Shown here in pieces: positions 40,524-50,513 of a stretch of 64,000 bases of DNA; position 1 is the stretch's first letter; every line of letters begins with the position of its first letter. The position numbers were made by a program, and so were the translations under genes. Source of the stretch: Candidatus Latescibacterota bacterium (GTDB taxonomy: Bacteria > Latescibacterota > UBA2968 > GCA-2709665); the NCBI GenBank assembly GCA_965219455.1, contig OZ244744.1, forward strand, positions 3,200,001 through 3,264,000, written 5' to 3'. The notes below the pieces were generated by a model. That model saw nothing but the letters and a program-made list of their open reading frames with translations, made no database searches and had not been told where the DNA came from.

Positions 40524-41813
40524 TCAATCACTTACCAGATGCCACGGAAACTTCGTTGTTCGATAAACCCGGCGACCCCAGTCCAGATCTTCAGGGAACA
40601 AAAAGCATTTGCCGGCGCGGGGATCGATCCGTCCGCCCATGGATACATGGTCCCGTATTGCCCGCTGAAGCGACGTGTCCATGGGCGCATCGCCCAGGTC
40701 AGTTGACGCATTTCCGAACACCGTCTGTAAAATCGACCGTTCCGAAATGCCGCCCGGCAGCAGGTAGAACTCCTGCAGGAAACGCACCAGATTCGACCCG
40801 GACGACAGCCAATCTTCCAACTGGGTGTCCAGCAACCAGGAACCACAGAAGAACGCCTTGAAGGGGCGTTCGGGAAAATGGCGAGGGAAGAAGTCCATTG
40901 CGGCCCGGAAGGAATCCCCGCACGCGGCGTGGTCCAGCGGGATTCCGCCCGGAATATGGAAATAGAGGACGGGGTCCCCTGGGCCGAGGACAGGAACCCA
41001 GTCGGCTGCGGCAAGCGCTACCGTCTCTTCAACGGCACGGCCCGTCGGGAGGATGGGGTGCCCGGCGATCTTCTCCTTTGTGACCTGGAGCCGGGAGGTC
41101 CACGCGGGCTGCGTATCTCCGCCCCTGTGTCGTTGACCGTCCGCGCGATAGGAAACGCCGTCCTCGCTCAGCGCGATGACCATTGACGAGTCCCTGTGGC
41201 GATAGACGCGAAACGGGTCGTTCATCACGTTAAACTGATGTTCAAGCCGGCCCAGGGCGTAGATCTCCCCACGGAGGAAATTGGCCAGCCAGCGGGCCGC
41301 GTGTCCATCCAGGCCCCATCGGCCGAAAATAGCGCTACAGGTTACGCCCCTCAGGTAGATCTGCTCCATGCTATCGCGCAGGACCCGTTCCGGAAGCCCG
41401 TGCGCTCGGTGTACCGCTCGCATTTTGGGAAACCACGACAGCAGCACCAGCAGGTAGAACAGGCCTGCCGTTTCCCCGGGCGAGCCCGTCATACACGGCC
41501 AATTATCCGCGAAGCGGCTGGAATAACCCTCGACTCGATAGAGGCACCAGTGGCAGTGCCAGGCCAACGCGCGCATCGCGGGGCTCTCTGCAACCCGGGC
41601 CGCCGTGTCAACGGCAGCCTGAACGATTTCTTCCGGCAGATAGATGCCCCTGCAGGCCTCGCTCACGAAATCGTGCGAGAGAAAACGGATCTCCCCTTCC
41701 GGCATCGCGCTCTGTGAGACCTCCCACTCCGACTCAAGGGCCGCCCGGCTTTTCTCGATTCCCAGGTCCAGGACCACACGGTTCAGATCCATGTCTGCCT
41801 TTCCTGTACTCAT
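40524..41813 (-). CDS. Putative N-acyltransferase (DUF5596/GNAT-like)
   Basis: LGRLEH, HIPGG, CGSWLLD, SNLVRF, TSLQR motifs. Confidence 0.72.
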   Translation of the reverse strand: MSTGKADMDLNRVVLDLGIEKSRAALESEWEVSQSAMPEGEIRFLSHDFVSEACRGIYLPEEIVQAAVDTAARVAESPAMRALAWHCHWCLYRVEGYSSRFADNWPCMTGSPGETAGLFYLLVLLSWFPKMRAVHRAHGLPERVLRDSMEQIYLRGVTCSAIFGRWGLDGHAARWLANFLRGEIYALGRLEHQFNVMNDPFRVYRHRDSSMVIALSEDGVSYRADGQRHRGGDTQPAWTSRLQVTKEKIAGHPILPTGRAVEETVALAAADWVPVLGPGDPVLYFHIPGGIPLDHAACGDSFRAAMDFFPRHFPERPFKAFFCGSWLLDTQLEDWLSSGSNLVRFLQEFYLLPGGISERSILQTVFGNASTDLGDAPMDTSLQRAIRDHVSMGGRIDPRAGKCFLFPEDLDWGRRVYRTTKFPWHLVSD

Positions 41814-41935
41814 TCAGCACAATCGGATATCTGGGGCGTGGCGTGGCTGCCTGTGGCGCCCCGGTCGTGGCCGTTGCAATTGGACCGCGCGCCATGGCCC
41901 CTGTGCCAAGACGCGATTTCAAGTTCGGCCATTTC

Positions 41936-43018
41936 TCACGTATCCACGGAAATCATCGCAGTCCCGTTGGCTATCTGTCTGTCAATTGTTATCAGGTCGT
42001 CTACAGAATCCGACAGGAGCCTGTCCGACCGTTGGCGGCGCCGGCCTGCCGATTCACCGGGTTTTAGTGGCAGCTTTCTCAGGTGCAACGCAAAGAGAAC
42101 GCCGCTGAGAATCGTGTCAGCGACCAACAGGCAGGGAATGGACCTGACCTCAGTCTCGGTAATGTCCATTCCGAGACGTCTTGCTTCCTTCCCGTAGTTT
42201 GCGAGATGGCGCGCGAAGTTTTCCCGCCACGCCCGGGGGTGGCGGGACAGGGGACCCCCGACCATCCTGGACAGATCGCTGGATGCAACCACGACATCCC
42301 ACAGCCGAGGGCCGTTGTAGAGCAAATCCCAGTCGAACAACCCGTTCACGCTGTTTCCATCGAACGCCACGTTGCAGGATCTATAGTCGCCGTGGATCCA
42401 TGTTCGTCCGAGTTCCCTGTATAGCCTGGTGGAAAAAAACGAGGCCAGCCGGTCAATAGCTCCATTAACGATTGACTTCACGACCCGGGTCGTTTTCGGG
42501 TGGCTCTCGAACCGTTCTCTCAGGCGGTCCGGATCTTCTGTGTACCTGACCGGCAGCATTTCATCCCTGGCGGCGAGTCTCCCGGAGATCCGAAAATCCG
42601 CGGCCGCGGAATGGTAGTCCGCCAGAAACGTCATCATATTGGCAGTCTGCGCATTGGTCAGGTCAGATGGAGAAGGGTATACCGTACCCGGGATGTATCG
42701 GTGGACAGAAAGCAACTCGCCATCGATCTCCGCGGCGACCCGCCCGTCGGCCGCCGGAACCAACCCGTCCACGGGTATCCCCAGGCGGCCCACGGAAGCG
42801 AGAAAGGACGAAAGACGTTCGATCTCGGCAACCGATCTTCTGACGCGATTCACCCGTATGACAAAACGGTCTCGCGACGTTTCCGCGAGGTACACTTCAT
42901 TGAGCACGCCGCCTGTCAGGCGGGCCGCACGACACACCGTGCCGAGATCGAAGCACCGGGAGGCAACCTCAACGATACGTCGTTCACGTTGATTTGGCAA
43001 AACCGTAATGTCCGTCAC
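41936..43018 (-). CDS. Phosphotransferase (APH/homoserine kinase type II-like)
   Basis: GGVLNEVY, IHGDYRSCN, LFDWD; GTG start overlaps the upstream TGA (GTGA). Confidence 0.8.
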   Translation of the reverse strand: MTDITVLPNQRERRIVEVASRCFDLGTVCRAARLTGGVLNEVYLAETSRDRFVIRVNRVRRSVAEIERLSSFLASVGRLGIPVDGLVPAADGRVAAEIDGELLSVHRYIPGTVYPSPSDLTNAQTANMMTFLADYHSAAADFRISGRLAARDEMLPVRYTEDPDRLRERFESHPKTTRVVKSIVNGAIDRLASFFSTRLYRELGRTWIHGDYRSCNVAFDGNSVNGLFDWDLLYNGPRLWDVVVASSDLSRMVGGPLSRHPRAWRENFARHLANYGKEARRLGMDITETEVRSIPCLLVADTILSGVLFALHLRKLPLKPGESAGRRRQRSDRLLSDSVDDLITIDRQIANGTAMISVDT

Positions 43019-44223
43019 CGACTCTTCCCATTCTCGTCGTCCACATGGTTGACCTGGGATGTCGCTTCGTGGAGGCTGTGCCATGGGATCAGACTCCCCC
43101 GCGATCGGCGCTGGAGTTGACTGCCGCCATAGGCGACGAAGGCGGAACATGGCAGGGGTAAATTGGTGAAGTGCCTCCGGACGCGGTTTATGCCATCGAA
43201 CAGGCTCGACGAAGGCGTATCGGCGGACTTGGCCTCGACAAGCTCGATGTGGGAGGGATGCTCGATGATGAGGTCGGCCTCGGCCCCGTTACGGTCGCGG
43301 TAAAACGACAGACCGCCCGTTTCACCTTGGTTGGTTCGGAATTTTGCAATTTCCGAGACAACCCAGGTCTCGAAAATCGGGCCGCGAAGTGGATGATTCC
43401 GTAGTTGTTCAGGTGTGCGGATACCGAGCAGCCAGCAGACAAGACCCGTGTCGTAGAAGTGCAGCTTGGGCATCTTCACGAGGCGCTTACGAAGGTTTGA
43501 GTGAAATGCCGGCAGCCGGAAGGTGAGAAAACCGGTCTCAAGTATGCTGAACCAGGCTCTTGCGCTTGGCTGAGAAATCCCGCAGTCGCCGGCCAGTGAC
43601 GAGAAGTTAAGCAACTGCGCCGTACGGCCGGCGCACAATTCGACAAAACGTTGAAACGTGGCGAGATCACCTACATTGCTTATTGTGCGCACGTCGCGTT
43701 CGATATAGGTGGCGACATACGAACGGATCCAGTCGGATGGATCCATATCAGAGTCGAATATTCGAGGATAGGAGCCCGCGAAAAGAGTTTCTTCAAGACT
43801 CTCGGGGAACCGGGGGAATCGCTCGACTTCCGCTCGAGTAAGCGGCAACAGGTAATAAACCGCGGTCCTTCCGGCCAACGACTGGCTGACCGACTCGAGC
43901 AGGGAAAGGTTTTGCGAGCCCGTCAGGATCCAGCGACCAGGCACCGGATCATCGTCGATAATGCCCTGCAGGTAGGAGAGCAGGTCTGGCGCGCGCTGCA
44001 CCTCGTCGATGATTGCACCGCGGGGAAACTGAGCCAGAAAACCCCGTGGATCTTCCGTTGCAAATGCGCGAATGTCCGGAGACTCAAGCGTTGTGTACCG
44101 ATGCTCGTGGAATATGGCCCTGCAAAGAGTCGTCTTGCCGCTTTGCCGGGGACCGGTAAGCGTAATGGACGGAAACGTGCGCGCGGCCTTCTTGAGTTTT
44201 GGCGTCAGGTCACGTGTGATCAT
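43015..44223 (-). CDS. AAA+ ATPase (AAA_14 with DUF4143 C-terminus)
   Basis: GPRQSGKTT, IIDEVQ, LTGS, SLAGR, DTGL, FE, E-x-D and E-x-K C-terminal motifs. Confidence 0.93.
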   Translation of the reverse strand: MITRDLTPKLKKAARTFPSITLTGPRQSGKTTLCRAIFHEHRYTTLESPDIRAFATEDPRGFLAQFPRGAIIDEVQRAPDLLSYLQGIIDDDPVPGRWILTGSQNLSLLESVSQSLAGRTAVYYLLPLTRAEVERFPRFPESLEETLFAGSYPRIFDSDMDPSDWIRSYVATYIERDVRTISNVGDLATFQRFVELCAGRTAQLLNFSSLAGDCGISQPSARAWFSILETGFLTFRLPAFHSNLRKRLVKMPKLHFYDTGLVCWLLGIRTPEQLRNHPLRGPIFETWVVSEIAKFRTNQGETGGLSFYRDRNGAEADLIIEHPSHIELVEAKSADTPSSSLFDGINRVRRHFTNLPLPCSAFVAYGGSQLQRRSRGSLIPWHSLHEATSQVNHVDDENGKSR

Positions 44224-44228
44224 ACCGA

Positions 44229-44257
44229 AAAATAGCAGAAAAATCAGGCTATGTCAA
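44229..44257 (-). promoter_or_regulatory. Putative promoter giving a leaderless mRNA for the AAA ATPase
   Basis: TTGACA-N17-TATTTT ending 5 nt before the ATG; no RBS. Confidence 0.45.
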
Positions 44258-44639
44258 TATTTAACTTTGAAATAGCCTAAAATCGGCCTGCCGTTGCAAT
44301 TGGGTCCGCCGGTCTTGACCAATATTAGCTTTTCGGACTGTACGATATATGTTTTTCTTCGTCATGCTCAAGCAGAAACTTGAGGGAGTCGACCGCGATG
44401 AACGGGCTTTTCATCCGGGTTATCGCGTATATGATGTCCTTAAGCCCATCTCAATCCTCGGTAAACGGGATCCCTTTCTCGCCTGGTAACCGGAGATTCC
44501 CTTTGGACTTCGACCAGGTTTTCCGTATTCCATATACGGGACAAAAAAGAACTCAATGCTGTCTTGCCGGCGTACTCCGATCATCAGATGAATGAGCAGT
44601 AAGCGGACCAGACGATGCGAACTGTACAGGTTAATACTA

Positions 44640-44668
44640 TTGACGTTCTTTCTGTTCGCCGCTATATT
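44640..44668 (+). promoter_or_regulatory. Putative sigma70 promoter
   Basis: TTGACG-N17-TATATT. Confidence 0.45.
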
Positions 44669-44892
44669 TATTCGCTTCAGTATTAGATTAAGTTATTGTG
44701 TCCCAGACAGAAAGGGTTCCGAGAGGTCCGGAATGGCGGATGGGGGACGTCAGACGGCACTCTCCCGGCATTGGTATACCCCATTTTTTTGATGAAAAGT
44801 TCCAGGTCGGTCCTGAAATTCGATCTGCCGAACGATGATGCGTTTGAGTACATTCCGGGGACTCGTCGGCCAAAACGTAAGGAGATTGAAGG

Positions 44893-45448
44893 ATGACACA
44901 TCCACCGTCTGCGTACGTTGAGGGGTATGCGAAGGCTCGCCGCCACGACCAGGAAATGGCCGACAACTACGTCAAGCATACCACCACAGGCGATCCCGCG
45001 CTGGACCCGATTATGGAGGAACTCTCCTCGATGCCTCCTCACGATCTGCACCGGTTTGTCGGGGCTGGGATAGAGGGGCGCGATGAGGTTCTGTGCCATG
45101 CGCCACAGGCCCTGCGCGATTTCTTCGAAAGTCTTGAAGAACCTCCATGGCTCAACTACGAGGACTTTCGGCCGGGGATTCGCGCCTTCCACGCAAACGT
45201 AAACCTCATGCTCGTGGCCTTCGTTACCGGCGTGCTGGTGGAAGGATTCTCCACGCTTATTGCCAAGTCTTTCAATATTACCGGGCGAGTCTCGACGACC
45301 AAAAGGCGCCTCCAACAGAATAACCGCCACATGATGGATATCTTTTTCCCCGGCGGCTTGCAGAGACACGGCGACGGATGGAAGCTGTCCACGCGAATAC
45401 GCTTCGTCCATACTCGAATAAGGAACCTGCTGGCGAAATCCGACGAAT
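44893..45448 (+). pseudogene. Truncated MpaB/DUF2236 (Lcp-like) oxygenase family gene
   Basis: GDPALD, PPW, TGR, RRL, RFVHTRIR motifs; family-like sequence ends abruptly after LAKSDE (ORF runs on to 45567). Confidence 0.65.
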
Positions 45449-45703
45449 ATCTTTCAGAACGATCTCTTTCTCGCCGCGCGTTTTGCGTTCAACGACGTCC
45501 GAAGTACCGAAATGCTCGCCAGCATGATGAACGATATCGACACGACCACACGCGTGTTAACCTTTGAATTCAACCGGCGCATTTCGGACAGTTGGTCCGT
45601 GCATCTGGAGGCGATCGCCCTTCTCGACGTTGACAACACGGATTTATCCTACCCGACCCGTCGCGACAGTTTCATCGAATTGAACCTGATTTACAATCAT
45701 TGA
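45446..45703 (+). pseudogene. C-terminal fragment of a putative outer-membrane beta-barrel protein
   Basis: NIFQNDLFLAARFAFND...FIELNLIY amphipathic strands with no N-terminus. Confidence 0.5.
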
Positions 45704-45745
45704 GATCTCTAATTGGACGGGAATTCATTCCGTGGGGAGGCCGCT

Positions 45746-46390
45746 ATGTCAATGGATCGAAGACGCTTTCTCTGTCGTGCCGCGACATTGGGCGCGGCGG
45801 TGTTTGTGACGCCGGGGGCCTTCGCTGAACAGACGGTGCGAACGCCGTGGCAGACCGAGGGACCCTTTTATCCGGACAGGATGCCGCTGGATGTCGACAA
45901 CGATCTTCTGATCATCAACGACGCGATGACGCCGGCTGTGGGAGAAATCACCCATCTGACCGGGCGCGTTACCGATGTGAGCGGCAGGCCCGTCAAAAAT
46001 GCCGAGGTGGAGATCTGGCAGGTCGACAGCAACGGCGTCTACATCCATACTGAGGCCCCGCGGAGGAACAGACGAGACGAAAACTTCCAGGGCTTCGGGC
46101 GTTTCGAAACGGGATCTACGGGTAACTACCGTTTTCGGACCATAAAGCCCGTCAGGTATTCCGGCGCCCGTGCCGCACATATTCATTTCGCGGTCAACAA
46201 GAACGGACGCCGGGTTTTGACCACGCAGCTGTACGTAAAGGGCAACCCGGACAATAAGAGGGATTCCATATTTCGGAGGTCCGGCCGCGCTTCCCACGAT
46301 CTGTTGTCGGTACCGTTCAAGCCGCTGCCCGGATCGGAAATCGGTGAGTTAACGGCGAAATTTGATATTGTGATCGGCGAGACACCGTAA
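45746..46390 (+). CDS. Intradiol ring-cleavage dioxygenase family protein with Tat signal
   Basis: DRRRFL Tat motif, TEGPFY, EIWQ, Y...HIHF iron ligands, TTQLY. Confidence 0.9.
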   Translation: MSMDRRRFLCRAATLGAAVFVTPGAFAEQTVRTPWQTEGPFYPDRMPLDVDNDLLIINDAMTPAVGEITHLTGRVTDVSGRPVKNAEVEIWQVDSNGVYIHTEAPRRNRRDENFQGFGRFETGSTGNYRFRTIKPVRYSGARAAHIHFAVNKNGRRVLTTQLYVKGNPDNKRDSIFRRSGRASHDLLSVPFKPLPGSEIGELTAKFDIVIGETP

Positions 46391-46466
46391 GTCGGGACAG
46401 GGCGCGGCGCGGCTGGCCGTGGTGAGGCGGCACCGGGAAACCAGGTACCGGTTGCTGTCGGTGCGC

Positions 46467-47108
46467 TCAGACCTTTCTTAGAAACTTCCCGGGATTGCCC
46501 ACCCAAACCTCCCCAGCGGGCACGTCGTGCCGGATCAGCGCGCCGGCGCCCACCATGCTTCCCTCGCCGATTGCGGCGCCGATGATCGTTGAGTTCGTTC
46601 CCAGAAAACAGCTCCTTCCCACCCGTACGCTTCCCGAAAAGCTCACCCCCACCGCAAGGCATGAGTAGTCTTCGATCACGTCGTCGTGGGAGAGTCCCAC
46701 GTTCTGCAGGACAATCACGTGGTCGCCAATGGTTACAAATGCGCCCACCGTTGTGCCCGCCAGAACAACCGACCCCCGTCCCACCGTGCTTTGCGCGGAA
46801 ACAAACGCGCGGGGATGGACGATTGTGGCGAACCGTTCCCGCGGCAGGCCCAGCCCGGCCACCGTATCCGGCCAGGTCTGATAGCTGCCTGGACCGAAGG
46901 CAAAGCCGGTAATCTGCACATCCTCCGGAAGGGCGCCTACCGACTCAAAGTCACCCAGGTGTTTCAGCCCGCCTTTCTCTATGGGGTTGCCGTCTCTAGT
47001 TACATATCCGAGCACATCGTAGGTCGGCTTCAAGGCATTGATTTCCACGACGGCGTCCAGAATGTCCGAGTTGTTGGATCCGATGCCCAGGAAGACCAGT
47101 TTCTGCAT
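46467..47108 (-). CDS. NeuD/PglB-like hexapeptide-repeat acetyltransferase
   Basis: TIVHP, SHD, left-handed beta-helix hexapeptides, VGNP. Confidence 0.88.
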   Translation of the reverse strand: MQKLVFLGIGSNNSDILDAVVEINALKPTYDVLGYVTRDGNPIEKGGLKHLGDFESVGALPEDVQITGFAFGPGSYQTWPDTVAGLGLPRERFATIVHPRAFVSAQSTVGRGSVVLAGTTVGAFVTIGDHVIVLQNVGLSHDDVIEDYSCLAVGVSFSGSVRVGRSCFLGTNSTIIGAAIGEGSMVGAGALIRHDVPAGEVWVGNPGKFLRKV

Positions 47109-47192
47109 GCGCCGCCTCCTTCATCGTTCGGTTGTTGTGTATCGGTCGAGCCGCTCTATCCGGTGCGCTCTCAAACGGCGATTCCCGCGCCT

Positions 47193-48905
47193 TCAGCAGT
47201 AAACAGCCTCTATCTCGCACGTTGCCCTGCCACAGCCCAATGGCACCAGCGCCACGCTCCGGCCATACCGGGAGACGATATTGTACGGCGCAGACTGGCC
47301 GTCCACCGACAATGCGCTCAGCCCCCTATCACCGAACTTCTCGGGAATCAGCCAGCGAAGATTTCCGTCGTCAGGCGCGCCCGTGGCTTTGAACCTCAGC
47401 GTACCGTCGCGCCAGGACAGACTTTCCACGCGCCAACGGTCCCGAAGAAGCCAGAAATCGCACCACTGATCGTAGGACCAGACGGGAACGTTCCGTTCCG
47501 CGGCCTTCTTCAGCAGAACCAGCCCGTGCGCCCTCGAATATCTCACCCAGTTTCCCGGGTGCAGGATCACGCCGTACGGCACGTGGAATCGCGTGGCGCT
47601 GTCGTCCAGGATGCGGTCCACGAGTACGCCGTACATCTCTGGCGAATAATGGAAGGATTTGGGCGCGCTCTCCTGGAACCAGACGTCGTCGGACAGGTGG
47701 GTGTGCTGCTGGAGCACGTCGACCAGGCGGCCGTCCGGGTGGCAGAATCGCATCGGCATCGCCGCGCCCCTGAGATGGTACGGACCACTGCACCGGTCCC
47801 GCATATACGCGGAGCACAGATAGTTCGCATCCATCCGGATACCCAGCCGCGCCTCCGCTTCCACCAGTTCGAGGTATCCCGCCCAGGACAGGCAGTGGTT
47901 GCGGACGCTCGTGGGCTTGAACCCGTACATTTTTTCGAAGAGCAGAATCTGTCGCTCGAATTCCGCGACGCGCTCCGGTATCGGTGTTCCGTCCAGGGAC
48001 CGGAGGTTCGGATGCGGTCCCACGTCGTGGTTCTGACGATACCGCTGCACGTCCGCGGCCGTCGAATCCGTACCGATAGGAATGATATAGAGATTCATGC
48101 GCGCCCCGAACGCCGTTACTTCCCGGAATTCCTGCTCTACCGCCGAAATCTCCGCCCCATCCTCGTCGCCGGAGTAAAGCACAAGGGCGGCCGCCTCTCC
48201 CGGCAGATGCCACAGCACGGGCATGGGCGCCGGAACAAACCGGCAGACCAGTTCCACCAGCCACCGCGCCAGCAGATCGGCAAATGGCATCAGGCCGCTG
48301 TCCGCCGGACCCAGGTCGATTCCTATGGAATCCGCCCGTACATTGCCGTCCACCGCCCGCTCGACCTGATCCGGATCACCCTGCCGCAGGGTGAACACGC
48401 ACCTGGGAAGGTCGAAAGCGAAGGCGACGATACGACCCTTTCCGGCTGGCGTTTCGATGACTCCGACGGACTCTCCCTCAAATCCGTCCGGGTGGTACAG
48501 ATAGGCCACACCCGATCCCGCGCCGGGTCGCGCAACGTAATGACCTGCCTCCCCTACGACCGGGAAGTCCTCACCTGAAACGCCCGCCGCCGGATAACGA
48601 ACGGGACGCAGGCGAAGGGGCGCGGGCTTGGCCCCTTCGTAGACCAGTCCGGCGGCGTCGGCTAGCGCATCCCTGGGCAAGAACGTCACCACCGTGCCTC
48701 CGCGCCTGGCGAAATCGATCAAGCGCTCATGGACCTCTCCGTCACCTTCCGATGCCGGACAGACCAGCACCGGGGTCGATTCCGGATCCAGTGCGTCAAC
48801 CTGGCCGGCCCGGACCCGTTTTTGGGCGACAAGTCCCCAGGTATTGAAAATCTCCGCGATATAGTCCGAAAGATCGGGCGGGTGCGACAGAATGCCGATT
48901 TGCAT
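47193..48905 (-). CDS. Hypothetical protein: GATase-like N-domain plus polysaccharide deacetylase-like barrel
   Basis: DFARRGG and GKGRIVAFAFD, then SGDED, GPH, RNH and ILH motifs. Confidence 0.65.
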   Translation of the reverse strand: MQIGILSHPPDLSDYIAEIFNTWGLVAQKRVRAGQVDALDPESTPVLVCPASEGDGEVHERLIDFARRGGTVVTFLPRDALADAAGLVYEGAKPAPLRLRPVRYPAAGVSGEDFPVVGEAGHYVARPGAGSGVAYLYHPDGFEGESVGVIETPAGKGRIVAFAFDLPRCVFTLRQGDPDQVERAVDGNVRADSIGIDLGPADSGLMPFADLLARWLVELVCRFVPAPMPVLWHLPGEAAALVLYSGDEDGAEISAVEQEFREVTAFGARMNLYIIPIGTDSTAADVQRYRQNHDVGPHPNLRSLDGTPIPERVAEFERQILLFEKMYGFKPTSVRNHCLSWAGYLELVEAEARLGIRMDANYLCSAYMRDRCSGPYHLRGAAMPMRFCHPDGRLVDVLQQHTHLSDDVWFQESAPKSFHYSPEMYGVLVDRILDDSATRFHVPYGVILHPGNWVRYSRAHGLVLLKKAAERNVPVWSYDQWCDFWLLRDRWRVESLSWRDGTLRFKATGAPDDGNLRWLIPEKFGDRGLSALSVDGQSAPYNIVSRYGRSVALVPLGCGRATCEIEAVYC

Positions 48906-48938
48906 GGATGAAGACCTCCGCGGTTTATTGAGAATCTA

Positions 48939-50486
48939 CTATTGTACGCCGAATATTCTGGCCGCATTGTCCCATAGAATTATGCGCTTCAACGCCTCTG
49001 GAATGTCAGCGTAAAGCACCCGTCCGAGTTGGTACGTAAACCCGTTTACGGGATGGTCCGATCCGTACAGGATCTGTGTAGGCGGCGCCTGCTCGACCAG
49101 CCAGGCGAGGGTGCCACGAGCCATTTTCGAGTAACCCAGATCGAAAAACAGATTCGGCCGCGCGTGGGCTACATCGAGAAAGGGCTTCAGTCCCTCGCGG
49201 CTTCCTCCACCGAGGTGGGCATAGATGAACTTCGCATTGGGGAACGCCGCAAGCGTATCCATTAAAAAAGCGGGAGACGGTCCGTGGTTGACGTGGCAAA
49301 GCATGGGACAGTTCCGCTCGTGCGCCGTCTGAAACGCCAGACGGTAGCGTGGGTCCTCGGTTGACGTGTCGTGAAGCCCGCAGTGGAGCTTGATACCACT
49401 GCAGCCGAGTTCGTCGAACCCGCGCGCCATCTCATCGGCCATCTCCGATTCGTAGTTCGGATTGTAGACCACGTATCCCGCGAGCCTATCCGGAAAGGCC
49501 GCCACGCCTGCCCCGATCCGGTCGTTGCCCGTCCGGTAGTCGGCTCCGATGGCCAGAAAATGGCTGACCGCAAACCGCTCCACTCCCACTTCGTCCATTC
49601 GCGACACCATCTGTTCCGCCGACCAGTCCAGGTGGTATTTCGAATGAAATCGACCCAGGTGGCCGTGAACGTCAAACACGCGGAAACCGTCCGCGCCGCA
49701 GGGCCAGACCCGCGCCGCACCTGCCTCGCGCTCAGGAAGACCCAGCAGGCGCCTGAGGCTGTTTCCTGCAATATCGGCTCGCTGATTCCGGGATATCCGC
49801 GCGCCTTCCAGAAGACCCAGCGGCCCTCCCGGGTCCCAGGCGGGCATCCCCGTTCCGAACAACAACCGCCGGTGTCCGAACCGCTCTGAAATCTCTTCCA
49901 CAATCCGTGACTCCTGGATGTAGGACGCCTCGATATAGAGGTTGGGAAACGTATCCCAAACCCCGAACAGCGCCCTCGCCGTGGTGCCTCCTTCCCGTAT
50001 CAGCACGAGCGGCAGCGCGGGGTGCGCCTCTGAGATTTCAAAGACCGATCGCCAGTCTGTGAGCTGGCTCCAGCTCGTGCGTCCCTCGTCCAGAAGCAAA
50101 GGAATTCCCGCTTCGGCGAGCGCTTTCAACAGCGGCCGCAGAATTCGTTCCAGCAACGGAAAACCGTGTACGCCCGGAAATATCCTGGCCGCCCGCACCC
50201 CCTGGGCGCGCATCTGCGCCACCAGCTTTTCCGGCTCCGGCAGTTCCCCTGTTCCTGGCGGCAGCACCGCCCAGCACGGGTGCAGGCGCGGGTGGGAACG
50301 CGTGGCCTCCACCACCCATGCGTTCGCGTCCGCCGGATGTCCCATTGCCGCGTGGCTCGCGTGGACCAGGGCTTCCGAGATGCCCAGCCGATCCATCTCG
50401 GCCAGCAGCGCCGCGGGTGTCCGAAAGCACGGCTCGCGGTCTGTACGTGTCGGCCCCAGCATACTGTTCATGTCGAAAATATCCAT
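48939..50486 (-). CDS. Tandem two-domain amidohydrolase family protein
   Basis: N-domain DMNSMLG...LLFGTG; C-domain DVHGH, GIKLH, CH, AH, LYGSD. Confidence 0.85.
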   Translation of the reverse strand: MDIFDMNSMLGPTRTDREPCFRTPAALLAEMDRLGISEALVHASHAAMGHPADANAWVVEATRSHPRLHPCWAVLPPGTGELPEPEKLVAQMRAQGVRAARIFPGVHGFPLLERILRPLLKALAEAGIPLLLDEGRTSWSQLTDWRSVFEISEAHPALPLVLIREGGTTARALFGVWDTFPNLYIEASYIQESRIVEEISERFGHRRLLFGTGMPAWDPGGPLGLLEGARISRNQRADIAGNSLRRLLGLPEREAGAARVWPCGADGFRVFDVHGHLGRFHSKYHLDWSAEQMVSRMDEVGVERFAVSHFLAIGADYRTGNDRIGAGVAAFPDRLAGYVVYNPNYESEMADEMARGFDELGCSGIKLHCGLHDTSTEDPRYRLAFQTAHERNCPMLCHVNHGPSPAFLMDTLAAFPNAKFIYAHLGGGSREGLKPFLDVAHARPNLFFDLGYSKMARGTLAWLVEQAPPTQILYGSDHPVNGFTYQLGRVLYADIPEALKRIILWDNAARIFGVQ

Positions 50487-50513
50487 CCCATCTCCCGTTT
50501 ATGTGATCGTCGC

